NCBI GenBank assembly: GCA_963843975.1
Contig: CAWJMG010000003.1
Location: forward strand, 390,001 to 422,000
DNA: 32,000 nucleotides
Origin: an uncultured Actinomycetes bacterium
GTDB taxonomy: Bacteria > Actinomycetota > Actinomycetes > S36-B12 > CAIYMF01
Direction: 5' to 3'
The translations under genes and the position numbers were made by a program. Below, in pieces: positions 8,653-16,872 of the stretch (position 1 is the stretch's first letter; each line of letters starts with the position of its first letter). Below the pieces are notes generated by a model that saw only the letters and a list, made by a program, of their open reading frames with translations, was not told where the DNA came from and made no database searches.

Positions 8653-9357
8653 GTGGGAGAGCAGACCAGGCAGGGCACCGCCGTCATCCTCGGCGGGACG
8701 TCCGGCATCGGCCACGAGCTGGCGTCCCGGCTCGCCGGTGACGGCATGTCCGTCGTCATCTCCGGCCGCGACGCCGACCGCGCGCAGGCCGTCGCCGCGG
8801 AGATCGGCCCGAACGTCACCGGCATCGCCGTCGACCTCGCCGAACCGGCCACGATCGCCGGCGCCCTGGAGGGCATCGAGAGCGTCGACCACCTGGTCGT
8901 GGCCGCCATCGAGCGCGACGCCAACGGCATCAAGGAGTACGACGTCGCCCGGGCGTCGCGGCTCGTGACGCTCAAGCTCGTCGGCTACTCCGAGGCCGTG
9001 CACGTGCTGCACGACCGCTTCACACCGACCGCCTCGATCGTGCTGTTCGGCGGCCTCGCCATGATGCGGCCGTACCCGGGCTCGACGACGGTCACGACGG
9101 TCAACGGCGGCATCAGCTCGATGGTGCGGACGCTCGCGAGCGAGCTGGCACCGGTGCGGGTCAACGCGCTCCACCCCGGCATCGTCGGCGACAGCCCGGA
9201 GTGGAAGGACAAGGACCTCAGCATGGTCGTCGGCCGCACCCCGATCGGGCGCACCGTGACGATGGGCGAGATCGTGGACGCCACGCTGTTCCTGCTGGAC
9301 AACGGCGGGGTGAATGCCGTCAACCTCATGGTGGACGGCGGGACGATGGTCCGCTGA
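8653..9357 (+). CDS. SDR-fold NAD(P)-binding protein with non-canonical active-site positions
   Basis: GTG 8653 has GGAGG 5 nt upstream. GGTSGIG cofactor loop and SDR length (234 aa). In the segment IVLFGGLAMMRPYPGSTTVTTVNGGI, the usual Ser/Tyr/Lys positions read Gly/Val/Asn. Confidence 0.8.
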   Translation: MGEQTRQGTAVILGGTSGIGHELASRLAGDGMSVVISGRDADRAQAVAAEIGPNVTGIAVDLAEPATIAGALEGIESVDHLVVAAIERDANGIKEYDVARASRLVTLKLVGYSEAVHVLHDRFTPTASIVLFGGLAMMRPYPGSTTVTTVNGGISSMVRTLASELAPVRVNALHPGIVGDSPEWKDKDLSMVVGRTPIGRTVTMGEIVDATLFLLDNGGVNAVNLMVDGGTMVR

Positions 9358-9407
9358 CGCGTGGCCGTCCCGCTCGACCGCACCGCACCGAGGACCGGAG
9401 ACGCTCG

Positions 9408-10313
9408 ATGTACCACGTGACCCGAATCGACGAGACCGAGAACGTGCTGCCGTCCGCGTACGCCGACCGGTCCCGGGGCTTCTCGCGCCAGCAGCTGGTC
9501 GGCAAGTCACAGGGCTCGCCGCACATGGGCCTCTACGTCTGCACGCTCGAGCCCGCCGGATACGTCGAGGCGGTCGTGCACTCGTTCGAGCTCAGCATCT
9601 ACGTGCTCAGCGGGGAGCTCGTGGTGACGATGCTCGGTGCGTCGACGACGCTGGCCGCCGACGACTGCATCGCCGTCCCCGTCGGGGTCACGTACACCGT
9701 GCGTGCCGGCAGCGGCCCGGTCTCCTGGCTGCTGATGTGCGCCCCCGCGCCGTTCGAGGACACCCGTCGTACGGACACGTTCTTCACCGGCGAGCAGCTC
9801 GAGGCGACGGCCATGGCCGCGAACGACGTGCGCGACCCGCGCAACCAGCACGCGTTCAGGTTCGACCCCGCGTCGATGGACCTCGACAACCTCGCCGTCG
9901 GCTCCAAGGTCGACGCGCCGCAGGTGTCGGCGAGCATGGCGACCGCGCTGCTGGCCTACAGCGGCATCGGTGTGCGCATGCTGGTCGACCAGCGTCTGCG
10001 CGCCCAGCTGCACACGATGTTCATGGTGCAGTACCAACCCACCGCGATCGCCCATCCGCACGACCACCCGTTCGAGGAGGCGTACGTGATGGTGCAGGGG
10101 GAGGTGCACGCCCTCGTCGAGGGTGACGAGCTCGTGCTTCGTCCCGGCGACGTGCTGTGGGCCGGGGTCGGGGCGGACCATGGGTTCCACAACCGGGGCA
10201 GTGGTCTGGTGCGCTGGATCGAGACGCAGGCGCCGCAGCCGCCCGCCCAGCACTCGTACCGCTTCAGCCGCGACTGGGAGTACCTCGCGAAGGTCCTCGA
10301 GAACGGCGACTGA
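9408..10313 (+). CDS. Bicupin protein (301 aa)
   Basis: ATG 9408. The C-terminal cupin has the full metal motif HPHDHPFEE...PGDVLWAGVGADHGFHN. The N-terminal cupin (YVEAVVHSFELSIYVLSGEL) lacks the His cluster. Confidence 0.75.
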   Translation: MYHVTRIDETENVLPSAYADRSRGFSRQQLVGKSQGSPHMGLYVCTLEPAGYVEAVVHSFELSIYVLSGELVVTMLGASTTLAADDCIAVPVGVTYTVRAGSGPVSWLLMCAPAPFEDTRRTDTFFTGEQLEATAMAANDVRDPRNQHAFRFDPASMDLDNLAVGSKVDAPQVSASMATALLAYSGIGVRMLVDQRLRAQLHTMFMVQYQPTAIAHPHDHPFEEAYVMVQGEVHALVEGDELVLRPGDVLWAGVGADHGFHNRGSGLVRWIETQAPQPPAQHSYRFSRDWEYLAKVLENGD

Positions 10314-10328
10314 CCGCCCACGGCCGGA

Positions 10329-10378
10329 CAGCACGACGGAGGCCGGCGAGCAGATGCTCGCCGGCCTCCGTCGTTCTG
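10329..10378. terminator. Bidirectional GC hairpin between convergent genes
   Basis: Perfect 19-bp stem ACGACGGAGGCCGGCGAGC-agat-GCTCGCCGGCCTCCGTCGT plus three flanking pairs. It is centred between the stops at 10313 (+) and 10387 (-). Confidence 0.65.
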
Positions 10379-10386
10379 TCGGGGTG

Positions 10387-11874
10387 CTACTCGTCGTGCG
10401 CCTCGACCGCACCGATCTCGTGATCGCTGTACTGGTACGGGTTGTCGAAGAGCTCCTCCGGCGCGAGGGCCGGGTTCATCCCGTTGACCCACTTCTCGTC
10501 ACCGAGCGCCTGCATGAGGTGGTCGACCGTCTGGCCGACGACCTCGCGCGCCTTGTCGACCTTGTCCGCGGCGCCGACCAGCTGCCCGTCGTGCTTGAGC
10601 ACCTGGCCGTCGACGAGCACGGTGTGCACGTCTCCCGCGCTGGGCCTGGAAGACCACGTGGCCGTACGGGTTGAGCACCGGGAACATCGCGGGGGAGCGG
10701 TCGTTCTTGATGAGCACGACGTCGGCCTGCTTGCCGACCTCGAGGCTGCCGACCTTGTCGCCGAGCCCGAGGGCGCGGGCGCCGCCGCGCGTCGCCCACT
10801 CCACGACCGTCTCGGCGCGCAGGGCGGGTGGGTGACGACCGTCTCGCCCTTCTCGTGCGCCTCCATGTGCTCGCGGACGCGGTCGGCGTTGAGGGTGCCG
10901 CGCATCGCCGAGAAGAGGTCGGCGCTCCACCACACGCTGGTGTCCATCGACAGCGAGACCGGGATGCCGTACTGGCGCAGCTGCCAGGTGGGCGGGTAGC
11001 CCTGGCCGGCGCTGCTGCTCGCTCTCGGTGGAGACCGACGCGGAGCCGCCCGATGCCGCGATCCTGTGGTAGGAGTCGGGCGACAGCGTCGCGGAGTGCA
11101 CGTAGATCTGGCCCGGCGTCATGAAGCCGTTCTCGTACATCAGGCTGGATGCCGTCGTCCTTCGTGATCGCCCCAGACGCCCGGCGTGGGTCGTGACGTG
11201 CACGCCGAGCTCGCGCGCGACCTCGAAGGCCGCCTTCTCCGGGAACGCCGGGTCGCCGGTGACGTCGAAGGCGAGCTGGAAGCCCGAGAGGTCGGCCGAG
11301 CCGTCGGATGCGGCGCTGGACGAAGTCGCGGAACTCCGGCGAGGTCGACCACTCCCAGGGGCCCTGCTGGATGTTGCCGTAGGCCAGCACGAAGCGGCCG
11401 GGGATCTCCTCGAGCGCGTCCAGCGGCGGCGTCGGCGTGCTCGCGCGTCTGGAGCCCGTGCGACCAGTCGACGGTCGTCGTCACACCGGCGTCGAGCGCC
11501 TCGATCGCCGACAGCAGGTTGCCGGCGTACACGTCCTGCGGGCGGAAGGACTTGCCCGTACTCGAGGTAGTACCAGACGAAGTACTGCGTGAGGGTCCAG
11601 TCGGCGCCGTAGCCGCGCATCGCGGTCTGCCACATGTGGCGGTGGGTGTCGATCATCCCGGGCATCACGATGCCGCCGGTGGCGTCGATCTCCACGGTGC
11701 CCTCGGGCACGGCGAGGTTCGGCCCGACCGCGGCGATCCGTCTGGCCGACGACGAGCACGTCGCGCGTCGGTCAGCACGGTGCGGCGGTCGTCCATGGTG
11801 AGCACGGTGCCGCCGCGCAGGACCACTGCCGGGGCGTCCGCGAGCCTGTGCAGGTCAGGGCTGGTCTGGGTCAT
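10387..11874 (-). pseudogene. Amidohydrolase-superfamily gene (about 492 aa if repaired) interrupted by about 11 frame changes
   Basis: A continuous protein can be read: MTQTSPDLHRL...GGIVMPGMIDTHRHMWQ...VTTTVDWSHG...VHVTTHAG...SVSTESEQ...MDTSVWW...GSLEVGKQADVVLIK...DVHTVLVDGQVLKHDG. It is only recovered by hopping between track ORFs 11665..11958, 11481..11759, 10499..11710, 11140..11532, 10476..11390 and 10387..10947. ATG 11874 keeps an AAGGAG SD. Confidence 0.8.
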
Positions 11875-11957
11875 CGCTCTCCTTCGAGCGTCGGCCGCGT
11901 CGCGGCGTGCTGGGGGCACCGCCGAGGGACCGCACGGACCGTCGTCGGCTTGGAGCA

Positions 11958-11986
11958 AACATGAAGCGGACTGAACGGCCTGTCAA
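11958..11986 (-). promoter_or_regulatory. Candidate promoter of the amidohydrolase gene
   Basis: On the minus strand: TTGACA (11986-11981), 17 nt, then CATGTT (11963-11958). It lies in an AT-richer patch about 85 nt upstream of ATG 11874. Confidence 0.45.
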
Positions 11987-12287
11987 GGGATTCTGTGCAG
12001 TATTTCTGAACTTCTGATGCACGTCGGCGTCGCTCCCGGTTGTCGTCCCCGACCGGCACATTGCGCTCGCCCGCAGCAGATGGCGGAGCGATGCCGGCGG
12101 GTCGGTGGCGTCGGCGGAGCGGCGGGGACGAGCCGACGCCGTAAAGCCAGGATGGACAAGCGCCGGTCGCGACGCGGGGCTACGGTCGAGCCCGGCGCCG
12201 GCTCCGGAGGGCGGGCCAGGCACCCGCCGCAGATCCGGTGCGGCCGCCTGGGAGGCTTCTCCCGGGGATCGGCCGGAAGGTGACGGG

Positions 12288-12956
12288 ATGCTGTACGAGG
12301 TGGCGCACACGATCGTGCCGCCGGTGGCCAAGCTGATCTGGCGTCCCCGCATCGAGGGGCTGGCGAACATCCCCGAGTCGGGGCCCGTCATCGTGGCGAG
12401 CAACCACCTGTCCTTCGCCGACAGCATGGTGATCCCGATCGTGTCGCCGCGGAAGGTCGTCTTCCTCGCCAAGGAGGACTACTTCACCGGCACGGGGGTC
12501 AAGGGCGCCCTCACGCGCGGCTGGTTCGAGGGGATCGGCATGATCCCCGTCGACCGCGACGACACGAAGTCGGCGATGGCCTCGCTCGACGTCGCCCTCG
12601 GGGTGCTCGCCCGGGGCGAGGCCTTCGGCATCTACCCCGAGGGCACGCGCTCGCGCGACGGCCGGCTCTACCGCGGCCGCACGGGCGTCGCCCAGCTCGC
12701 GCTCACCTCCGGCGCCCCGATCGTGCCGTGCGGGCTCGTCGGCACCGAGCGGCTGCAGCCCGTCGGCTCGTCGCTCCCGCGCATCGCGCGGGTCACGGTC
12801 CGCTTCGGGACCCCGATCCGCACCGGGTCCCGCTTCGCCGGCATGCCGCCCGGGCGTGCGCGTCGCGAGCTGACCGACGAGATCATGGCGGCGATCCACG
12901 CGCTGTCGGGCCAGCCCCTCGCCGGTGTCTACAACGAGAAGCCCGCCACCACCTGA
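12288..12956 (+). CDS. plsC: 1-acyl-sn-glycerol-3-phosphate acyltransferase family protein
   Basis: ATG 12288 with GGAAGGTG SD. NHLSFAD (HX4D) and IYPEGTRS motifs. The 61 upstream codons of track ORF 12105.. carry many rare A/T-ending codons and are treated as non-coding. Confidence 0.85.
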   Translation: MLYEVAHTIVPPVAKLIWRPRIEGLANIPESGPVIVASNHLSFADSMVIPIVSPRKVVFLAKEDYFTGTGVKGALTRGWFEGIGMIPVDRDDTKSAMASLDVALGVLARGEAFGIYPEGTRSRDGRLYRGRTGVAQLALTSGAPIVPCGLVGTERLQPVGSSLPRIARVTVRFGTPIRTGSRFAGMPPGRARRELTDEIMAAIHALSGQPLAGVYNEKPATT

Positions 12957-13133
12957 CCCCGCCGAGATGACCTCTCCGTGACCCTGCGGTCCCGGTGCGT
13001 GATATCGCCTTCCTCCGTGCGGGACTCGGCGTGTCGACCTGCCTGCTCGGCGCCCATTCCGGGCGCCGCATCGCTACCGTCGTGGCTGACGAGGGCGCCC
13101 GCGCGCCGTCGCGTGACCTAGGTGGGGGTTCCC

Positions 13134-14681
13134 GTGCGCCGTGCCGCTGCTGTCCTCGTGGTGCCCCTGCTCGTGCTCGGGGCCCTGGTGGCCGCAGCAC
13201 CCGCCGCCCAGGCCCAGCATCCCGGCGCGAACGGCGTCATCACGAGCATCGAGGGCGGCGTCTGGTCGGGCGGTGTGCGGCCGGACGGCACGTTCCGTTC
13301 GTGCTGCGACCCCTTCCCTGACGACTCGAACCCGGCGAAGCCGCTGATCGCACCGAAGCAGGCGGTCTGGGGTCCGGACGGCGTATCCGTCGCGGTCGTC
13401 GGCGACTGGATCAACGACCCGGCTGAGAGCGGGCTCGAGATCCTGGTCTACGACTCGGTGGCCGACACGGTGCGCTCGCTCGGCCTCGCCGACGACAGCA
13501 GGCCCGACTTCAGCCCCGACGGCTCGCAGCTCGTGATCACCCGCGGCGGTGACCTCGTCGTGCTGGACGTCGCGACCGGCGCCGTCGTCCGCACGCTCAC
13601 GACCACACCGGCCGTGGCCGAGGTGGATCCGACCTGGAGCGCCGACGGTACGACCATCGCGTTCGCGACCCCCGCTGGCGTCTCGTCTGTGCCCGCCGTC
13701 GGCGGCGCATGCTCCCCGCTGCGTGCCGGAGCCTCGGGCCCGCAGTACTCCGCCGACGGCAAGCACCTGGCCTACCTCGTCGGGCAGCAGCTGATGCTCG
13801 CTGACGCGGACGGCGCGAACGAGGTCGACACCACGCTGACGATCTACAGCTACACGTGGTCGCCGGACTCGACGTCCTTCGTCGTCTCCGCCGACCTCGG
13901 GCTCGTGAGCGACACGTCCGAGGTCGTCATCGCGACCCTCACCGGGCAGGTCGTCGCCGACGGGCCTGGTGCCGTCAGCTCGAGCTCGTTCTCCTGGCAG
14001 CCGGTCCCGGCACCCGAGCCCGTGGTCGTCGTGCCGCTGGCGAGCGTGTCGGGCTCGACGTCGTCCTTCTCCCGTACCTCCGTGCTGCGGGTGCGCTGGA
14101 CGGCGTCCGATCTCGTGTCGACCGTGGTGGGCACCGACGTCCGCTACCGCCGGGCGAGCGCGCTCGGCGGCGCGTACTCGACGTACCGCTGGTGGCAGCG
14201 CGACACCGCCGCGCGCTCCGCGGTGCTGCCCGCGACGCCGGGCTACCGGTACTGCTTCTCCACGCGGGCCCGCAACCAGGCGGGAGCGCAGAGCGGCTGG
14301 TCGGCCGAGAAGTGCGCCACCGTGCCGCTCGACGACCGGGCCCTGACCGCGAACGGCAGCTGGGTCCGCGTCTCGCGCGACGGGTTCCTGCGGGGGACCG
14401 CCTCGCGCACCACCCAGAAGGGCGCGTCGCTCACGAGCGCTCCCGGCTACGTACGAGAGGTCGGCATCATCGCGTCGACGGGGCCGAACGGCGGGACTGT
14501 CGCCGTCCTCGTCGGCTCGCACCGCGTCGGCACGATCTCGCTGGCCTCGTCCGTGCACAAGGACCGGGCGCTGCTGACGCTGCCGCGCTTCGACAGGGGC
14601 CGGTACGGCGCGGTCCGGCTCGTCGTGCTGAGCAAGGGCAGGACCGTCCGGGTCGACGGACTGGCCACCTCGGCCTGGTAG
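13134..14681 (+). CDS. Secreted TolB-like beta-propeller protein with FN3-like and C-terminal beta-rich domains
   Basis: Start at GTG 13134 (GGTGGGGG upstream) or GTG 13122. Signal peptide ends AAQA/QH. PD40-like repeats FSPDGSQL, WSADGTTIAF, YSADGKHLAY, WSPDSTSF, then VRWTASD...YRYCFSTRARNQAGAQSGWS. Confidence 0.75.
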   Translation: MRRAAAVLVVPLLVLGALVAAAPAAQAQHPGANGVITSIEGGVWSGGVRPDGTFRSCCDPFPDDSNPAKPLIAPKQAVWGPDGVSVAVVGDWINDPAESGLEILVYDSVADTVRSLGLADDSRPDFSPDGSQLVITRGGDLVVLDVATGAVVRTLTTTPAVAEVDPTWSADGTTIAFATPAGVSSVPAVGGACSPLRAGASGPQYSADGKHLAYLVGQQLMLADADGANEVDTTLTIYSYTWSPDSTSFVVSADLGLVSDTSEVVIATLTGQVVADGPGAVSSSSFSWQPVPAPEPVVVVPLASVSGSTSSFSRTSVLRVRWTASDLVSTVVGTDVRYRRASALGGAYSTYRWWQRDTAARSAVLPATPGYRYCFSTRARNQAGAQSGWSAEKCATVPLDDRALTANGSWVRVSRDGFLRGTASRTTQKGASLTSAPGYVREVGIIASTGPNGGTVAVLVGSHRVGTISLASSVHKDRALLTLPRFDRGRYGAVRLVVLSKGRTVRVDGLATSAW

Positions 14682-14826
14682 GCGGCCAGGTGGTCCGGCG
14701 CGCGCCCGTGTCAGAGGCACCCAGGGACGACCGGCATGATCCGCGCGGGCTCGGTGCGCCATCGATCCTCTCGTCCGGGTCCGGGAGCGACGACCCGCCT
14801 GCCGACCGTCCTGTGGTGGAGGCCCC

Positions 14827-16239
14827 ATGAGCACCGACCAGCACGGCAACACCCTCAGCGGCGCGGATCCGGCCGCGGTCGCGGCCCTCGACGAGGCAGT
14901 CGACCACCTGCTGCACTTCCGCCCCGCTGTGGGCGACTCGCTCGCCGCGGCGCTCGACGTGGATCCGAAGCTCGCGGTGGCGCGGGCGATGGAGGCCTAT
15001 CTCGGTGTGCTCGGCACCGAGCCCGAGGATGCCGCCGCCGCGCGGACGACTCTTCAGGGCTATCTCGCCGCGACCGACGATGCGTCGCTGCTGCCGCGCG
15101 AGCGTCAGCACCTGGCGGCTGCGGACGCGCTGGTCCGTGGCGACCTCGTGACCGGCGGCCGGCTGCTGCGCGAGCTGGTGGTGGAGCACCCTCGGGACGC
15201 GCTCGCGCTCGCCGTCGGCCACCAGGTGGACTTCTTCAGGGCCGACGCGGTGGCCCTGCGCGACCGAGTGGGCGGGTCGCTCGGCGGCTGGTCCGAGGAC
15301 GACCCGCACTACGGCCAGCTGCTCGGCATGCATGCGTTCGGCCTGGAGGAGACGGGCCTCTACACGCGGTCCGAGGAGGTCGGGCTTCGGGCTCTCGAGC
15401 TCGACCCGACGGACGTGTGGGCGCTGCACGCTGTCGCGCACACCTACGAGATGCAGGGGAGGTTCGTCGAGGGCATCCGCTTCCTGGATGCTCGGGCGGC
15501 GGACTGGCAGCAGGGGAACTTCCTCACCGTGCACAAAAGGTGGCACTACTGCCTCTACCTGCTCGAGGCGGGTGACACGCAGCGTCCGCTGGAGATCTAC
15601 GACGCCGTGCTGCACAACGCGGAGACGGCCGGGCTGGCCATGGAGATGCTCGATGCGGCCGCGCTGCTGTGGCGTCTGCACCTCGAGGGCGTCGACAGCA
15701 CCGCGCGGTGGACCGTGCTTGCGGAGGCCTGGGACGCCAAGGTCGAGCAGCCCTTCTACTCGTTCAACGACATGCACGCCGTGATGGCCTACATCGGCGC
15801 AGGGCGCATCGGTGACGCCGAGGAACTCGTCCGGAGCCGCGAGCAGTGGCTCGCCGGTGCGACCGATCCCGTCGTGACCAACGTGGAGATGACCCGTGCG
15901 GTGGGCCTGCCCGTCGCGCAGGCGCTCGTGGCCTTCGCGCGGGAGGAGTACGCGACGGCGGTGGGCCTGCTCGCGCCGATCCGCAGCCGCGTGCAGGTCT
16001 TCGGCGGGAGCCATGCCCAGCGGGACGCTGTGCAGCGCACGCTCCTCGAGGCCGCCATCAGGGCGGGGCAGCACGACCTCGCGCGGACGTTGGTGTCGGA
16101 GCGGCTGGGCGTCAACCCCTGCAGCCCCTACACGTGGCTCAAGAGCGCCGAGCTCGCGACCGCCGTCGGGGATGCAGTGTCGGCCGATCTCGCCCGTGAG
16201 CGGGTCTGCGAGCTCCGCAGCGCAGAGCCCGTCGCCTGA
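14827..16239 (+). CDS. TPR-like helical repeat protein (TTC38-family-like)
   Basis: 470-aa ORF with GGAGG SD 5 nt upstream. All-helical repeat composition. The WALHAVAHTYEMQGR and HKRWHYCLYLLE segments are ones I associate with TTC38-type proteins. Confidence 0.65.
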   Translation: MSTDQHGNTLSGADPAAVAALDEAVDHLLHFRPAVGDSLAAALDVDPKLAVARAMEAYLGVLGTEPEDAAAARTTLQGYLAATDDASLLPRERQHLAAADALVRGDLVTGGRLLRELVVEHPRDALALAVGHQVDFFRADAVALRDRVGGSLGGWSEDDPHYGQLLGMHAFGLEETGLYTRSEEVGLRALELDPTDVWALHAVAHTYEMQGRFVEGIRFLDARAADWQQGNFLTVHKRWHYCLYLLEAGDTQRPLEIYDAVLHNAETAGLAMEMLDAAALLWRLHLEGVDSTARWTVLAEAWDAKVEQPFYSFNDMHAVMAYIGAGRIGDAEELVRSREQWLAGATDPVVTNVEMTRAVGLPVAQALVAFAREEYATAVGLLAPIRSRVQVFGGSHAQRDAVQRTLLEAAIRAGQHDLARTLVSERLGVNPCSPYTWLKSAELATAVGDAVSADLARERVCELRSAEPVA

Positions 16240-16395
16240 TCCGCCGCACGCTCCGGGAGCGGATGGGACGCTGCGTCGGCGACCGTGCTCGCCGCGGGCG
16301 ACGTTGCCGTGAACCGGGTGCGGGATCACGCGACGCGTCAGATACTCGGGGTCCGCCGTCGCAGAGGGGCGACGGCTCGGACGTGAGGAGCGCAC

Positions 16396-16563
16396 ATGGG
16401 TCTCGAGGACATCGTCGGCCAGGCCAAGGACCTGCTCGGCAGCAACTCCGAGGCGGTCGACGACGGCATCGACACCGCCGTCGACGCCATCAAGGACAAG
16501 ACCCCCGACCAGGTCGACGGCCTCGTCGACCAGGGCGCCCAGGCGCTCAAGGACCAGATCTGA
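16396..16563 (+). CDS. Small Asp/Lys-rich helical protein (55 aa), MT0933/Rv0909-like (family annotated as putative antitoxin)
   Basis: Absent from the ORF track because it is under 60 aa. ATG 16396 with GAGGAG 6 nt upstream; TGA 16561-16563. Sequence MGLEDIVGQAKDLLGSNSEAVDDGIDTAVDAIKDKTPDQVDGLVDQGAQALKDQI. Followed by a strong hairpin. Confidence 0.65.
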   Translation: MGLEDIVGQAKDLLGSNSEAVDDGIDTAVDAIKDKTPDQVDGLVDQGAQALKDQI

Positions 16564-16584
16564 CCGGTCCGGCATCGACAGCAC

Positions 16585-16623
16585 GTCGGGCGGGCACGCG
16601 GGGGACCGCGTCGCCCGCCCGAC
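16585..16623 (+). terminator. GC hairpin downstream of the 55-aa gene
   Basis: GTCGGGCGGGCACGCGG-ggga-CCGCGTCGCCCGCCCGAC: 17 pairs with one bulged C, starting 22 nt after the stop. Confidence 0.55.
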
Positions 16624-16731
16624 GCACGTGCGGGGACGTGTCGAGTTGCCTGGAACGGCTGCGGCTGCGGGCGCGGGGCGTACTGTCGAAGGTCACGGAG
16701 CCGTTCAGGCTTCCCGGCTCGAGGAGCCACC

Positions 16732-16863
16732 ATGGCCGACAAGTCCCCGCGGCAGCACATGCAGAAGAAGTCGGCCGGCAAGTCCCTCAAGGAGAAGCGG
16801 CTCGACAAGAAGGCCAAGACCACGGGCTCCGTCGAGATCATCCCCTCGACGAAGAAGCACTGA
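16732..16863 (+). CDS. Very small Lys-rich protein (43 aa)
   Basis: Absent from the ORF track because it is under 60 aa. ATG 16732 with GAGGAG 5 nt upstream; TGA 16861-16863. Sequence MADKSPRQHMQKKSAGKSLKEKRLDKKAKTTGSVEIIPSTKKH, 11 Lys in 43 residues, with G/C-ending codons throughout. Confidence 0.6.
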   Translation: MADKSPRQHMQKKSAGKSLKEKRLDKKAKTTGSVEIIPSTKKH

Positions 16864-16872
16864 CCTCCGGCG

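Noticed and set aside
12105-12287. 61-codon N-terminal extension of PlsC suggested by the ORF track
   Set aside because: About a quarter of its codons end in A or T, including several rare codons, unlike the rest of the gene. A good SD precedes ATG 12288, which aligns with the usual start of PlsC-type proteins.
16396-16563. Toxin-antitoxin module
   Set aside because: Only the small antitoxin-family-like protein is present. The flanking genes are a TPR protein and a 43-aa basic peptide, neither of which resembles a toxin, so I do not call a TA system.
14467-16584. 705-aa minus-strand ORF
   Set aside because: It is antisense to the TPR-like gene and to the 55-aa gene, with no recognisable domain and skewed Arg/Gly/Val composition.
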